DNA of 64,000 nucleotides from the human T2T-CHM13v2.0 reference genome, Homo sapiens: NCBI GenBank assembly GCA_009914755.4, contig CP086569.2, positions 16,960,001 to 17,024,000 of the forward strand, read 5' to 3'. Shown piece by piece: positions 12,741 to 24,764 of this stretch (position 1 is its first letter; each line of letters starts with the position of its first letter). The notes under the pieces were generated by a model. It saw only the letters and a program-made list of their open reading frames with translations, ran no database searches and was not told where the DNA came from. The position numbers and the translations under genes were made by a program.

Positions 12741-14123
12741 ACATGTATAAAACATTCTTATCAGAACTCATGTAGATTATTACAACCATAATCCTTGGAG
12801 TTTATATTGAGAGTTATTTAATTCACTTCCAAGAGCTATATTTTTTTGTTCTATGATCCCACAGAGTGTATATGAGTGTGTGCATGCATGCACACTATTT
12901 CTCTGGAACCCTTTCAGCTGTTTTCCCATGAAAATTGAAGTCACACAGAGTTGGTGCCATGGGATGACTATTGTTGCCCCTCCAGTATTGGTGCCAGCCT
13001 CTGGAATTTACCAGTCTCTGTACTTCTTGCATGCCCAGTAAATGAACAATGATGTAGCACCTAGAAGGCATACCAGTGGTTCTGCAGCTATTGTGTGCAG
13101 CAAACACAACAAAACCTTCAGAACAGCCTTTTAACTCCAAACAACTGTCGTTTGAATTAGAAACAAAAAGAGAAAATTATGAATACTTTAATGCTAAGAT
13201 CATCATCTGGAAGAAAACTGAAGAGATGAATTGACATTTAATGCATTTTCCAGTATAATTTATGTCAATTTAATATGAACATTTTAATTCATGTAAAACT
13301 TTTTTCTGTTTTCTTTTTCAGTAGCTTTTGCCCCATTCAAGTAGAGACCTGACTTTGTCCACACTGTGGAAGCTCAATCTCTTCACTGAGTTGACAGAAC
13401 AAAGACCTAGAAATATTTTTCCAGGAATCTTAGAATTGTTAACTACACTCTGGCCTGTCATATTTTTCTGTAAAAGAACAGAAAACTGCTTTAAGAGATG
13501 CAAAAGAAGATAAATGTGAATGACACTGTTAACATTTAAAATTAAGGGAAAGGCCAGTACAGACCAGCAATAGAAATGATTGTCCTTTTCTCTGACAGTT
13601 AAATGAAGAACTTTGTCTATACTCCTTCTGTGATTTAAATGTAATTTATCTTTTATTTAATCCTTGGAGGAATTTTCATTTGTCTACATGGAAAGCATAA
13701 GTTCTAGCTTCAGTTTTCAGGACTGTAGCTGGACTCAGGTGTGGCAATAAATGATCGCAAATGGATTCTTGGTGGGTAAAGTCTTATTAGCACAATGGCT
13801 CAGACATGCTGAAAACAAAGATTTTTAAAATTCAAGCAGGCTGAGATGGAGAAAAGTATACTTAATCAAATTCACAACTCTAAGTAATACATAATAATGT
13901 TATATTTTTAGATAAAGCACTATCTTTTGAAAAGGAAATTTAAAAGTTTTGCTCTAAACACATCTATAAATACTGAAAATAATTGTTGTTTAATGTAAAC
14001 CTTGGTAAATAGAGACAAGTCATCTTACTGCATTACAGACCCAACAGCCTTCAGTGAAAATGTTACAATGTTTTGTTTCATTTTGTTTTGTTTTTCTCTT
14101 GGTGCACTGAAACATGCTCTGCA

Positions 14124-14421
14124 GGGAGGGTGCCATGGCTGATGCCTATAATCCCAGTACTTTGGGAGGCCAAGGCAGGGGGCATCACCTGAGGTCAGGA
14201 GATTGAGACCAGACTGGCCATGGTGGTACACTGTCTCTAGCAGGAATACAAAAAATTTAGCCAGGCATGGTGGCATGTGCCTGTAGTCCAAGCTACTGGG
14301 GAAGTTGAAACAGGAGAATTGCTTGAACCCTGGTGGCAGAGGTTGCAGTGAGCTGAATTAGTGCCAATGCACTCTATCTAGTCTGGGTAACAGAGCAAGA
14401 CTCCATCTCAAAATAAATAAA
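14124..14421 (+). mobile_element. Alu (full length, plus orientation)
   Basis: gggagggtgccatggctgatgcctataatcccagtactttgggaggccaaggcaggg ... gcactctatctagtctgggtaacagagcaagactccatctcaaaataaataaa. Confidence 0.9.
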
Positions 14422-15849
14422 CAGGAGGAAGCATACTCTGCAATTTTCCCTGAACATGTTCTACTGTCAGATCTGCTCTGGAGCATTTGATCAACTCATT
14501 TCATTACTAACCCAGCATTTCTTGTTCCTGTAAGTGTTAGATGAAACTAACCCAAATGTTCAATTTTGCAGGCAAAGGATCACCTTGGTTAGTTGAGCCT
14601 AAGATGGCAAAAACAAAGCAGTTGCCTGGCTGAATTTATTACATTTAGACTTATTTATTATGTTACTTTACATTTTTATTTAAGGCTAGAGAACATAGGT
14701 TATACAATTCTGATTCTTTGGAAAATGTTGACACTTATTTTATGCCTAGAACATGGTTAAATTTTCTAAAATGTACATCTTAAAAGGAAAAGATTATTTG
14801 TGGATGTAAAGTTCAGTGTATATCTTATGACACATTTTTATTAATTGTATTGTTCAAATGTAACATCTCTACTTCTGAAACCAACTTTGCAAAATTGTAA
14901 CTGAGGAAATTATGACACTAAAATAAATCATAACTAACCAACTCCTTCTTGCTTCTGACCTTTAAGCTGTCCTTGTTCATTCTGGGACATAGGCTGAACT
15001 AACTTTAGGAAGGAATTTTGTTCATGGTTTGACTCTGAAACAAAATTGATAATAGCCCTTTCCCAAAAATACCCCATTCTTGTCTGGGGACCAGTCTGTT
15101 TTGTAGGACTAACAAAATAGGTAAAAAATTAGAAACAACACTGTAGGAGTCATGTAGTCTCTGGAAGAGTCTGAACCTACCCCAAATTGTTCTTGGGGAT
15201 AATATCACTGCAGTAAAACCTAAGATCAGTGCTTGAGTTGTTTTCAGACCCTGAACGGGATGGATTAACTGACATCACTCAGACTGGTAATATGGCTCAC
15301 CCAATTCTGCCATCCCACCCAGGGAGAGAAAACAGCAAGAAAACCTCACTTCAAACCTCTTTTATTCTATCTCCAACCTGACCAATCAGGTCACTCCCCA
15401 CTTTCCAAGCCCCTACTCACCAAATTATCTTTAAAACTCTGATCCCTGAATGCTCCAGGAGAATGACTTGAGTAATAATAAAACACCAGTCTCCCATGAA
15501 GGCTGTTGTAAATAAAATACCATTTCTCCATTGCAATTCCCCTGTCTTGAAACATCAGCTCTGTCTAGGCAGCAGGCAAGGTGAACACATTTATTATTTG
15601 ACAGTTTGATCTCTTCAATTTCTAAACTTTTTCCTTATAGACAAAATTGTTACTGAAGCTTTGTCTGTCATACTTGGTATGGTTTGATGCTATATTGTTG
15701 GGTTCCACATGTCTTCATAATGGGCAAACTTTCTTATTCTATAATTTTCTTATTTAGAATATACCATCATCCTTGAAAGGTTATTTACAGATTGTTTATT
15801 CAAATTCTATGTAGTCAGACAATAAAATTGCTACCCCAAAGCAGGCACC

Positions 15850-16640
15850 TCTTAGAAAGGATAGAGCAATAATTAAACATAGAAGAAAAAAAGACATATT
15901 AGACTTTGTCAATGGTAAATTATTTACTTATGAAAGCACACTGTTAATAAACCATAAAAATAAGCCAAAGACTGAGAGGTAAACATTGGCAATACATGTT
16001 TATGATCAAGGACTTCAATCAAGAATACATAAAAACTAAAACATCAATAAAAAAGAAAAGATATCCATTGAAAAATGAGCAAATATTTTAGACATGACTA
16101 AAGAAAATATAGAATTGGCCAATAAATGCCATAAAAAGCTGCTCAACATGATTAGTCATCAGAATATACAAAATAAAACCATGAAAACATAACTTTCCAC
16201 CAACTGTAAGGACTGAAATTTAAAAAAAAATACTAGTTGAATAGATTTGTACTTCCCCACATTGCCAATGAACACCAGCATTTTCTTATAAAACCACACA
16301 TACTGACCCTATAATTTATACTTCTATGCTTAATATTGACCTAAGAGAAATAATATGTTTATGTCCACAAAAAGACTTCAGCAAGAATATTCATAAAATC
16401 TTTATTTCTAATAAGCAAAGACTGTAAATAATGCAAATGCCATCAACAGAAGAATGGGGGTATACTCATACAATAAAATATTACTCAGCACTGAAAAGGA
16501 GCAAATCACTGATGTATTGAACAATATAGAGAGGGAGATATGGCCATATTAGATGCATTTGAACTTCAATGCAAAAAATCTAATCATGTTGATGGAAATG
16601 AGAAAACTTGCTGCCTATATTTGATGGTGGAGATAGACTG
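15850..16640 (+). mobile_element. Ancient L1 (L1M-type) fragment, ORF2 C-terminal region, highly diverged
   Basis: Weak but consistent similarity to the L1 ORF2 3' region (e.g. aaatgccataaaaagctgctcaacatgattagtcatcagaatatacaaaataaaaccatgaaaacataac ~ [24 protein letters not shown]). It is cut off by the LTR of ERV copy B. Confidence 0.5.
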
Positions 16641-17092
16641 GGAGTAGTCATTAACAGAGCAGGAGCATCACCGTATTGGCCAATCACCACCATTCTAAAG
16701 TTTACCTTGATCAAAACCAGCCTAAATCCAAAGGGCATCGGCATAATGACTAAGCTCAGCATGGCCATAAACCACAAATGACATCTCTGACCAGAAACAT
16801 TCCTACCATAAGATAAACACTTTCCTAACTAGAGACAGACCAACCCTAAGATAACCTCCTCTCTAACCAGAGACATGCCAACCCTGCCATAAACTTCTCC
16901 CCCACCCAGAAACACTTAAAGATCTTGATAAGCCTGCTCACCCTAAAACATACCTATACTCACTCTGTGGGGGAGAGCACCTCTGAACAAAATCTACCAG
17001 AAACCCCTCTCAGGTTAATTTCTCCAGAATAAACTTGTCTTTGATTGTGGATCCACTTTTTGTGTTTCTTTCCTCTTCCTTTAACTGATACA
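16630..17092 (+). mobile_element. 5' LTR of ERV copy B (~460 bp) with tandem ~35-bp sub-repeats in U3 and an AATAAA signal near 17030
   Basis: Starts ..aacagagcaggagcatcacc (TGACAGAGCAG motif). Contains the ccaaccctaagataacctcctctctaaccagagacatg sub-repeats. Ends ...ttaactgataCA at 17092, followed by TT then TGG. Confidence 0.55.
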
Positions 17093-17094
17093 TT

Positions 17095-17112
17095 TGGTGC
17101 CAAAGCCAAGGA
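17095..17112 (+). other. Primer-binding site of ERV copy B, tRNA-Phe-like (TGGTGCCAAAGCCAAGGA)
   Basis: Matches 14/18 to the complement of the tRNA-Phe 3' end (TGGTGCCGAAACCCGGGA, from memory). It has the canonical arrangement LTR-CA + 2 nt + TGG. Several of the mismatches are CpG-decay type. Confidence 0.5.
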
Positions 17113-17568
17113 TGGGTGTTGGGGGCAGAGGCTCTCTTGGAACCCAGGAAGCAGAGGACAGCAGCTACTCATCTTGCTGGATCCTGAAAGTCTCTGGCCA
17201 CTGATCCAATCTTGTCTCTCACTTCACTTTTCTGCAATTTGAATGAGGAGGACAAGTAACCTGAAGGGGACTGTGAGGCTCAGGCTGGGGCTGCTCCCCA
17301 GTGGGTTCTCACAAACCTCAAGCCTCAGGAACCCACCTGTGACCACCTGCAATGGCTTTCACTCTCTTCCCTCCTTCTCCCTAATCCTTGCTTCTCTCTC
17401 TTTTTTATCTCTCTCTCTCTTTCTCATAAATCTCCAGACCAAGAGGCTTTTTGGCAATTCCAGCTGGAACATCCAACATCAGACACTAATTGAGCCAACT
17501 GGTAAGATCTGCCCTATCCTCATTATCTCGCAGTACCCTGGAAAGTCAGGTCTGCCAACCAGGTCCTC

Positions 17569-17572
17569 AGAG
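17569..17572 (+). other. Target-site duplication AGAG (5' copy) of the HERV9 insertion; the 3' copy is at 27424-27427
   Basis: 5' junction gtcctcAGAG|tgagaggtgaag and 3' junction ccagaccca|AGAGgaccagtgc. The uninterrupted paralogous site in ERV copy A reads (rc) ...cagtcctcAGAGgaccagtgc... with a single AGAG. Confidence 0.7.
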
Positions 17573-18248
17573 TGAGAGGTGAAGCCAGCTGGGCTTCTGG
17601 GTTGGGTAGGGACTTGGAGAACTTTTCTGTCTAGCTAAAGGATTGTAAATGTACCAATCAGTGCTTTGTGTCTAGCTAAAAGTTTGTAAGTGCATCAATC
17701 AGCACTCGGTAAAAATGGACCAATCAGCACTCTGTAAAATGGATGAAAAGCTCTCGTTAAATGGACCGATCAGCAGGATGTGGATTGGGCAAATTAAGGG
17801 AATAAAAGCAGGCCACCCAAGTCAGCAGCGGCAATTGGCTCGGGTCCCCTTCCATGCTTTGGAAGCTTTGTTCTTTCACTCTTCACAATAAATCTTGCTG
17901 CTGCTGACTCTTGGGGTCTGTGCTGACTTTATGAGCTGCAACACTCACTGTGAAGGTCTTCAGCTTCACTCTTATGGTCAGTGAGATGACAGACCCACCA
18001 GAAGGAATGAACAACTCTGGACGCCCTGCCTTTATGAACTGTAACACTCACTGGAAAGGTCTGTGGCTTCACTCCTGAAGTCAGTGAGACTACAAAGCCA
18101 CCAGAAGGAAGAAACTCCAGCCACATCTGGACATCAGAAGGAACAAACTCTGGACACACCATCTTTAAGAACAGTAACACTCACCGCAAGTGTCCACCGC
18201 TTCATTCTTGAAGTCAGCGAGACCAAGAACCCACCAATTCCAAACACA
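17573..18248 (+). mobile_element. HERV9 5' LTR (LTR12-like, 676 bp), starting TG and ending CA
   Basis: tgagaggtgaagccagctggg ... multiple CCAAT-containing ~40-bp sub-repeats ... ggaataaaagcagg ... caataaa ... three ctgtaacactcac...gtc.gcagcttcactc units ... ccaccaattccaaacaca. Confidence 0.8.
17801..17808 (+). promoter_or_regulatory. AATAAAAG TATA-like box of the LTR12 5' LTR (U3 promoter); an upstream cluster of CCAAT (NF-Y-type) motifs lies at about 17650-17790
   Basis: gggaataaaagcaggccaccc preceded by repeated ccaatcagc motifs. Downstream AATAAA at 17887-17892. This is the typical ERV9 LTR promoter layout. Confidence 0.55.
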
Positions 18249-18251
18249 TTT

Positions 18252-18269
18252 TGGCAACCAAGAAGGAAC
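18252..18269 (+). other. HERV9 primer-binding site, tRNA-Arg(CCG)-like (TGGCAACCAAGAAGGAAC)
   Basis: Matches 15/18 to TGGCGACCACGAAGGGAC, the complement of the tRNA-Arg-CCG 3' end (from memory). It is located 3 nt after the LTR end ...caca. Confidence 0.55.
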
Positions 18270-19179
18270 CATCACCCATTGCTAAGTGGTGAGACTATTG
18301 TCTATTGCCAATTGGTGAGTACCATCGGACCCCTTTTGCTTGCTATTCTGTCCTATATTTCCTTAGAATTCAGGGGCTAAATACTGGCACCTGTCAGCCA
18401 GTTAAAAGTGACTAGCATGGCCACCACACTAAAAACATGGGTGTCAGGTTTTCTGGGAAAGGTATCTTTAACAACCCCCGACTCTTTGGAGTTGGGAGTG
18501 TTGGTTTACCTGGAACCAGCTTCTTCTTGTGCTGTACTTCCGGGCTGAGCTGAGGGTCAACAGAGAGGAAAGCCATTCAGCTCCAGGGTCCCAACAACAA
18601 GTTGGTTGACCCTGTGACCATGAGTGGAACTCTCAAAGTCATGTTGCCCAAGCGAGTCTCACCCATCTATCTTATCTATCCTGACCCTTGACTCCTGTGT
18701 CCTAATGCCTGCCAGGCAAATGTCCTCTTGCCTCTCTTCTCTGAATCTAGTCCTGCTTCTAAAAAAACACTCCTTGTCTCTGGTTTTTTCTACGTTCTCC
18801 TATAAGAATGATTTCTAGTATAAACTCCAGGACTCTGTTACCTTCTTTATGCACCTGGGCTCACCAATCAGAAAGATATAATTTTTCTCAAAGCTCCATC
18901 ACAGGAGGGACTATCTGGAATTTTAGAATTCCTCCTCTGACAAGCAGGCCTAACAAAAGCTATTCTTGAAACTAGGATATGGGTAGCCTCAGAAATTGTA
19001 TCCTTCCTATTCATGTAAATGAGGACAAAATGTGTCACTCTTCCAACTCTGGAGATCCTTTCCCTCCCTCAGGGTATGGCCCTCCACTTCATTTTGGGGG
19101 CATAATATCTTTACAGGACATGGGTAAGATCCCAATACTAACAGGAGAGTGCCTAGGAGTCTAGCAGCTTTTTGAGGAC

Positions 19180-19470
19180 GTGTCACTAAGGGCCACTAAA
19201 TCCGATTTGTATTGGTCCTCTTTGTGGTCTAGGAGGACAGACAAGGTGCAGGTTTTGGAGAATGGATCAGTAAGAGCCACTAAATATGACCTTCCTGGGT
19301 CCTCCTTGTGGTCTAGGAGCAAAACTAGTGTTTCTGCCGCTGCATCAGTGAGTGCAACTATTCCTATCAGCAGGGTCCAGGGACTGTTGCAGGTTCTTGG
19401 GGAAAAGGTGTTACTGCTGCTGTGTCAGTGAGCACAACTATTCCAATCAGCAGGTCCATGGACTGTCACA
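19180..19470 (+). repeat. Two adjacent ~2x tandem duplications (~70-75 bp units) in the HERV9 leader, pre-gag
   Basis: ccactaaatccgatttgtattggtcctctttgtggtctaggag vs ccactaaatatgaccttcctgggtcctccttgtggtctaggag; and gcatcagtgagtgcaactattcctatcagcagggtccagggactgttgcaggttcttgggg vs gtgtcagtgagcacaactattccaatcagcaggtccatggactgtcacaggttcttgggc. Confidence 0.8.
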
Positions 19471-19788
19471 GGTTCTTGGGCAGGGGGAGAAACAAACAAA
19501 CCAAAGCCACAGTTGTTTTTATCTTTCAGATAGGAAACACTCAAGCATCCACAGGCTCACCCTTGAAATGCATCCTAAGCCACTGGCACCAATTTGATCC
19601 ACAAACCCTGAAAAAGAGGTGGCTCATTTTTTTTCTGTGCTATGGTCTGGCCCCAATATTCTCTCTCTGATGGGTAAAAATGGCCACCTGAGGGAAGTAT
19701 AAATTATAATATTATCCTGCAACTTGACCTTTTCTATAAGAGGGAAGGCAAATGGAGTGAAATACCTTATGTCCAAGCTTTCTTTTCA

Positions 19789-20973
19789 TTGAAAGAAAAT
19801 ACACAACTATGCAATGTTTACAATTTACATCCCACAGGAGGACCTTTCAGCTTACGCTCATATCCTAGCCTCCCTATAGCTCCCCTTCCTATTAATGACA
19901 ATCCTCCTCTAATCTCCCCTGCCCAGAAGGAAATAAGCAAAGAAATCTCCAAAGGACCACAAAACCTCCCGGGCTATCAGTTATGTCCCCTTCAAGCTGT
20001 AGGGGGAGGCAAATTTGGCCCAACTCAAGTACATGTCCCCTTCCCCTTCTCTGACTTAAAGCAGATTAAGGCAGACCTGGTGAAATTTTCAGATGATTCT
20101 GAAAGTTACACAGATGTCCTATAGGGTCTAGGGCAAACCGTCAATCTCACTTGGAGAGATGTCATGTTATTGTTAGATAAAACCCTGGACTTTAATGAAA
20201 AGAATGTGGCTTTAGCTGCAGCCCAATAGTTCAGAGATACCTGGTACCTTAGTCAAGTAAATGATACAATGATGGCCAAAAAAAGGGATGAATTCCCTAC
20301 CAGTCAGCAAGCCATCCCCAGTATGAATCCCCACAGAGACCTTGACTTAGATCATGGGGACTGGAGTCACAAACATCTGTTGACCTGTGTTCTAGGAGGA
20401 CTAAGGAGTATTAGGAAATAGCCCATGAATTAATCAATGATGTTCACCATAACTCAGGGAAAGGAAGAAAATCCTTCTGCCTTCCATGAGTGGCTACGGG
20501 AGGCCTTAAGAAAATATACTCCCTTGTCACCTGAATCACTCGAGGGTCAATTGATTCTAAAAGATAAGTTTATTACCCAATCAGCTGCAGATATCAGGAG
20601 AAAGCTCCAAAAGCAAGCCCTGGGCCCTGAATGAAATCTGGAGGCATTATTAAACCTGGCAACCTCAGTATTCTGTAATAGGGACCAAGAGGAAAAGGCC
20701 CAAAAGGAAAAGTGAGATCAGAGAAAGTCTGCAGCTTTAGTCATGGCCTTAACACAAACAAACCTTGGTGGTTCAGAGAGGACAGAAAATGGAGCAGGCA
20801 AATTACCCAGTAGAGCTTTTTACCAATGTGGTTTACAAGGACATTTTGAAAAAGATTGTCCAATGAGAAAAAAGCTGCCCCTTGTCCATGCCCACTATAC
20901 CAAGGCAATCACTGGAAGGTGCACTGCCCCAGAGGACAAAGGATGTCTGGGTCAGAAGCCCCCAACCAGATGA
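19789..20973 (+). pseudogene. HERV9 gag remnants (MA/p12, CA C-terminal region, NC with one CCHC zinc knuckle), split over at least 3 frames
   Basis: ORFs at 19789-20124 and 20437-20634 (…EENPSAFHEWLREALRKYTPLSPESLEGQLILKDKFITQSAADIRRKLQK…) and 20743-20973 (…FYQCGLQGHFEKDCP… = CX2CX4HX4C). Confidence 0.75.
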
Positions 20974-21300
20974 TCCAACAACAGGATTTAGGGTGCCCAG
21001 AGCAAGCACCAGCTCATGACATCACTGTCACTGAGCTCCAGGTACATTTATCCATTGAGGGCCAGGAAATTGACTTCCTCCTAGACACTGGCATGGCCTT
21101 CTAGGTATTAATCTCCTGTCCTAGATGACTGTCTTCAAGGTCGGTTACCATCTGAGGAATCCTGGGACAGCCTGTAACCAGGTATTTCTCCCACCTCTTC
21201 AGTTGTAATTGGGAGACTTTGCTATTTTCACAGGCCTTTCTTGTTATGCCTGAAAGTCCCACACCCTTTTTAGGGAGAGATATATTGGCCAAAGCTAGAC
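20856..21300 (+). pseudogene. HERV9 protease remnant with the catalytic DTG motif (D at 21084-21086)
   Basis: …ELQVHLSIEGQEIDFLLDTGMAF followed by a stop. Confidence 0.65.
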
Positions 21301-21499
21301 TTATTATCTACATGAATATGGGGAACAAGTTACCCATTTGTTGTCCCCTACTTAGGGAGGGAATCAACCCTGAAGTCTGAGCATTGGAAGGACAATTTGG
21401 AAGGGCAAAAATGCCCACCCAGTCCAAATCAGGCTAAAAGATCACACCACTTTTCCTTATCAAAGGCAATATCCCTTAAAGCCTGAAGCTCATAAAGGA

Positions 21500-24430
21500 T
21501 TCCAGGATATTGTTAAACATTTAAAATCTCAAGGCTTAGTAAGGAAGTTCAGCAGTCCCTGCAACACCCAATTCTTGGAGTACAAAACCAAAATGGTCAG
21601 CGGAGACTAGTGCAAGATCTTAGACTCATGAATGAGGCAGTAATTCCTCTATATCCAGTTGTACAAAACCCCTATATCCTGCTCTCTCAAATACCAGAGG
21701 AAGCAGAATGGTTCACTGTTCTGGACCTCAAGGATGCCTTCTTCTGTATTCCCCTGTACTCTTACTCCCAGTTTCTCTTTGCCTTTGAGGATCCCAGAGA
21801 CCACATGTCCCAACTTATGTGGACGGTCTTGCACCAAGGGTTTAGTGATAGTCCTCACCTGTTTGGTCAGGCACTGGCCCAAGATCTATGCCACTTCTCA
21901 AGTTCAGGCACTCTGGTCTTTCAGTATGTGGATGTTTTACTTTTGGCTACCAGTTCAGAAGCCTCATGCCAGCAGGCTACTCTAGATCTCTTGAACTTTC
22001 TAGCTAATCAAGGGTACAAGCTGTCTAGGTCGAAGGCCCAGCTTTGCCTACAGCAGGTTAAATATCTAGGCCTAATCTTAGCCAGAGGAACCAGAGCCCT
22101 CAGAAAAGAATGAATACAACCTATATTGGCTTATCTTTGCCCTAAGACATTAAAACAGTTGCAGGGGTTCCTTGGAATCAATGGCTTTTGCCAAATATGG
22201 ATCCCCAGATACAGCAAGATAGCCAAGCCCCTCTATACACTAATCAAGGAGAGCCAGAGGGCAAATACTCATCTAGTAGAATGGGAACCAGAGGTAGAAA
22301 CAGCCTTTAAAACCTTAAAGCAGGCCCTACTACAAGCTCCAGCTTTAAGCCTTCCCACAGGACAAAAATTCTCTTTGTACATCACAGAGAGAGCAGGGAT
22401 AGCTTTGGAGTCATTACTCATACTCATGGGTCAATTGCACAACCAGTGGCATGCCTAAGTAAGGAAACTGGTGTAGTAGCAAAAAGCTGACCTCACTGCT
22501 TACAGGTAGTTGCTGCAATGGCGGCCTTAGTGTCAGAGGCTATGAAAATAATATAGGAAAGGATCTCACTGTCTGGACTACTCATGATGTAAATGGCATA
22601 CTAAGTGCCAAAGGAAGTTTATGGCTATCAGACAACTGCCTACTTAGATACCAGGCACTGCTCTTTGAGGGACTGGTGCTTCAAATATGAAAGTTCTTGG
22701 CCCTAAACCCTGACTGTTTTCTCCCTGAGTATAGGGACCCAATTGGGCATGACTGCCAAAAAATTATAGTTCAGAATTATGGCACAAGAGGTGATCTCTC
22801 AGAAGTCCCCTTAGCTAATCCTGACCTTAACATATATGCCAATGGAAGTTCATTTGTGGAGAATGGGATGTGAAGGGCAGGTTATGCCATAATTAGTGAT
22901 ATCCCCCAGGGCCAGCATCCAGTTAGCAGAACTAGTGGTATTTACCCAAGCCCCAGAACTGGGAAAGGGAAAAAGAATAAGTGTGTAAACAGATAGCAAG
23001 TATGCTTATCTAATCCTACAGGCCCATGCTTCAATATAGAAAGAAATGGAGTTCCTAACCTCTGGGGGAACCAGCACTAAATACCACAAGGAAATTATGG
23101 AGTTATTGCATGCACTGCAAAACCCCAAGGAGGTGGCAGTCTTACACTGTCAAAGCCATCAGAAAGGTGAAGGAGAAAAGGCAGAAGAAAACTGTCAGGC
23201 AGATGCTGAAGCCAAAATTTCTGCCAGGTGGAACATCCCATTAGAAAAACCTATGGAAGGACCCTTGGTATGGAACAACCTGTCGAAGAGATTAAGCCTC
23301 TGTATTCCCCTACTGAAACAGAATGGGGACTTTCATGGGGGCATAGTTTTCTCCCCCCAGGGTGGTTAATGACAGAAGAAGGAAAGGTACTTATAGCCAA
23401 AACCAGCCAGTGGAAAATACTTAAAACCCTCCACCAAACTTTTCATGTGGGTATTGAAAACACTCATCAAATAGGCAAATCTCTATTTACAAGCCAAATA
23501 TCCTTGGGACCACAAGACAGGTAGTCAAAGCCTGTGAAGTGTGCCAAAGGAATAATCTCTTGGTTCATCATAAGGCCCCTTGGGGGAACAAAGAATAGGT
23601 CACTAACCTGGAGAGGACTGGCAGTTAGACTTCACCCATTTGCCTATTAAAGGGATTTCAATACTTGTTGATCTGTGTTTATACTTTTACAAATTGGATA
23701 GAAGCTTTCCCCTGAAAGAGAGAGAAGGCTCAGGAAGTGACTAATGTCCTAATTCATGAAACAATTCCTAGATTTGGGCTTCCCCAAAGCTTACATAGCA
23801 ACAATTGTCTGGCTTTTAAAGCCAAGATAACTCAGGGAATTTCTATGGCGCTACAGATACAATAATAGCACCTTCACTGCACCTGGAGGCCACAATCCTC
23901 AGGGAAGGTCAAGAAGGCAAATGAAACACTCAAGAGGCACTTAAGGAAACTCACACTAGAAACTCATCTCCCATGGCCTATTCTTTTGCCCATGGCCTTG
24001 CTAAGAATCTGAAATTGTCCTCACAAAATGGGGCTCAGTCCATATGAAATGCTGTATGGATGACATTTTCTCACAAATGACCTCCTACTTGATCAGTAAA
24101 GGGCCAACTTGGTCAAAGATATAACTTATTTGGCAAAATATCAACAAAACCTAAAAAAACTACCTGAGGGATGTCACAGGAAAAAGGGAACAGAGTTGTT
24201 TCAGCCAGGAGATCTAGTGTTGGTCAAATCTCTCCCCTATACCTCCCCATCTGTGGACTCTTTGTGGGAAGGACCATACTCGGTAATCTTCTCTACCCCA
24301 ACTGCAGTTAAGGTGACAGGAGTGGAACCTTGGATTCACCACACCCGAGTTAAACTTTGGACATGCCCTGAGGAACCTGCAGGACCGTCAGATCAGGAGT
24401 CCCAAGATCAGCCAGACCAGCCTCGATACA
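21500..24430 (+). pseudogene. HERV9 pol remnants: RT (LDLKDAFF; the YxDD motif reads YVDV at 21925-21936), RNase H (…HCQSHQKG…NCQADAEAK), integrase (HHCC region …LHQTFHVG…, core and C-terminus with many stops)
   Basis: ORFs at 21610-22113, 22126-22458, 23046-23369, 23228-23524 and 24109-24435; multiple frameshifts and stops between them. Confidence 0.75.
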
Positions 24431-24764
24431 CCTGAGAACCATTGCAGAACTTGCATCTCCTATTTCAGAAGGAAATATCCCAGACTAAAAAGGCTTCTAC
24501 CACTGATCCTGAAGAAAAACCCCTCCATCCTTAAAAAAGGTAAGTGAAAACCTACATAATCTTTAACACTTCTCCTCAACCCTTTAAAAGAATCCTTTTA
24601 GTATTTCATTATATTATATTATTAAGCAGCATACTAACTATACTCTTTGTGATAGGACTAAATACTGTAGCTCCTGCTGGGATGAAAATCATAGTCACAT
24701 CAACCTTCTTTCTATCTTCCTTCTGACAGCAATTTACACCTACCTTTAACTCAGCCTAGATAAA

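Larger units (their letters stand above)
16630..17572 (+). mobile_element. ERV copy B, 5' segment (5' LTR + PBS + leader), interrupted at 17572/17573 by the HERV9 insertion
   Basis: Paralogous (reverse complement) to 10695-11165 of copy A. Homology with copy A resumes at 27428. Confidence 0.6.

Noticed and set aside
17600-17800. Regularly spaced ~35-40-bp direct repeats (…gctaaaggattgtaaatgcaccaatcagcgctctgtgtctag…) that superficially resemble a CRISPR-like array; a similar array sits at 16780-16900
   Set aside because: These are the well-known U3 sub-repeats of ERV LTRs (LTR12 CCAAT repeats, and the sub-repeats of the older ERV LTR). The sequence context is primate genomic, not prokaryotic.
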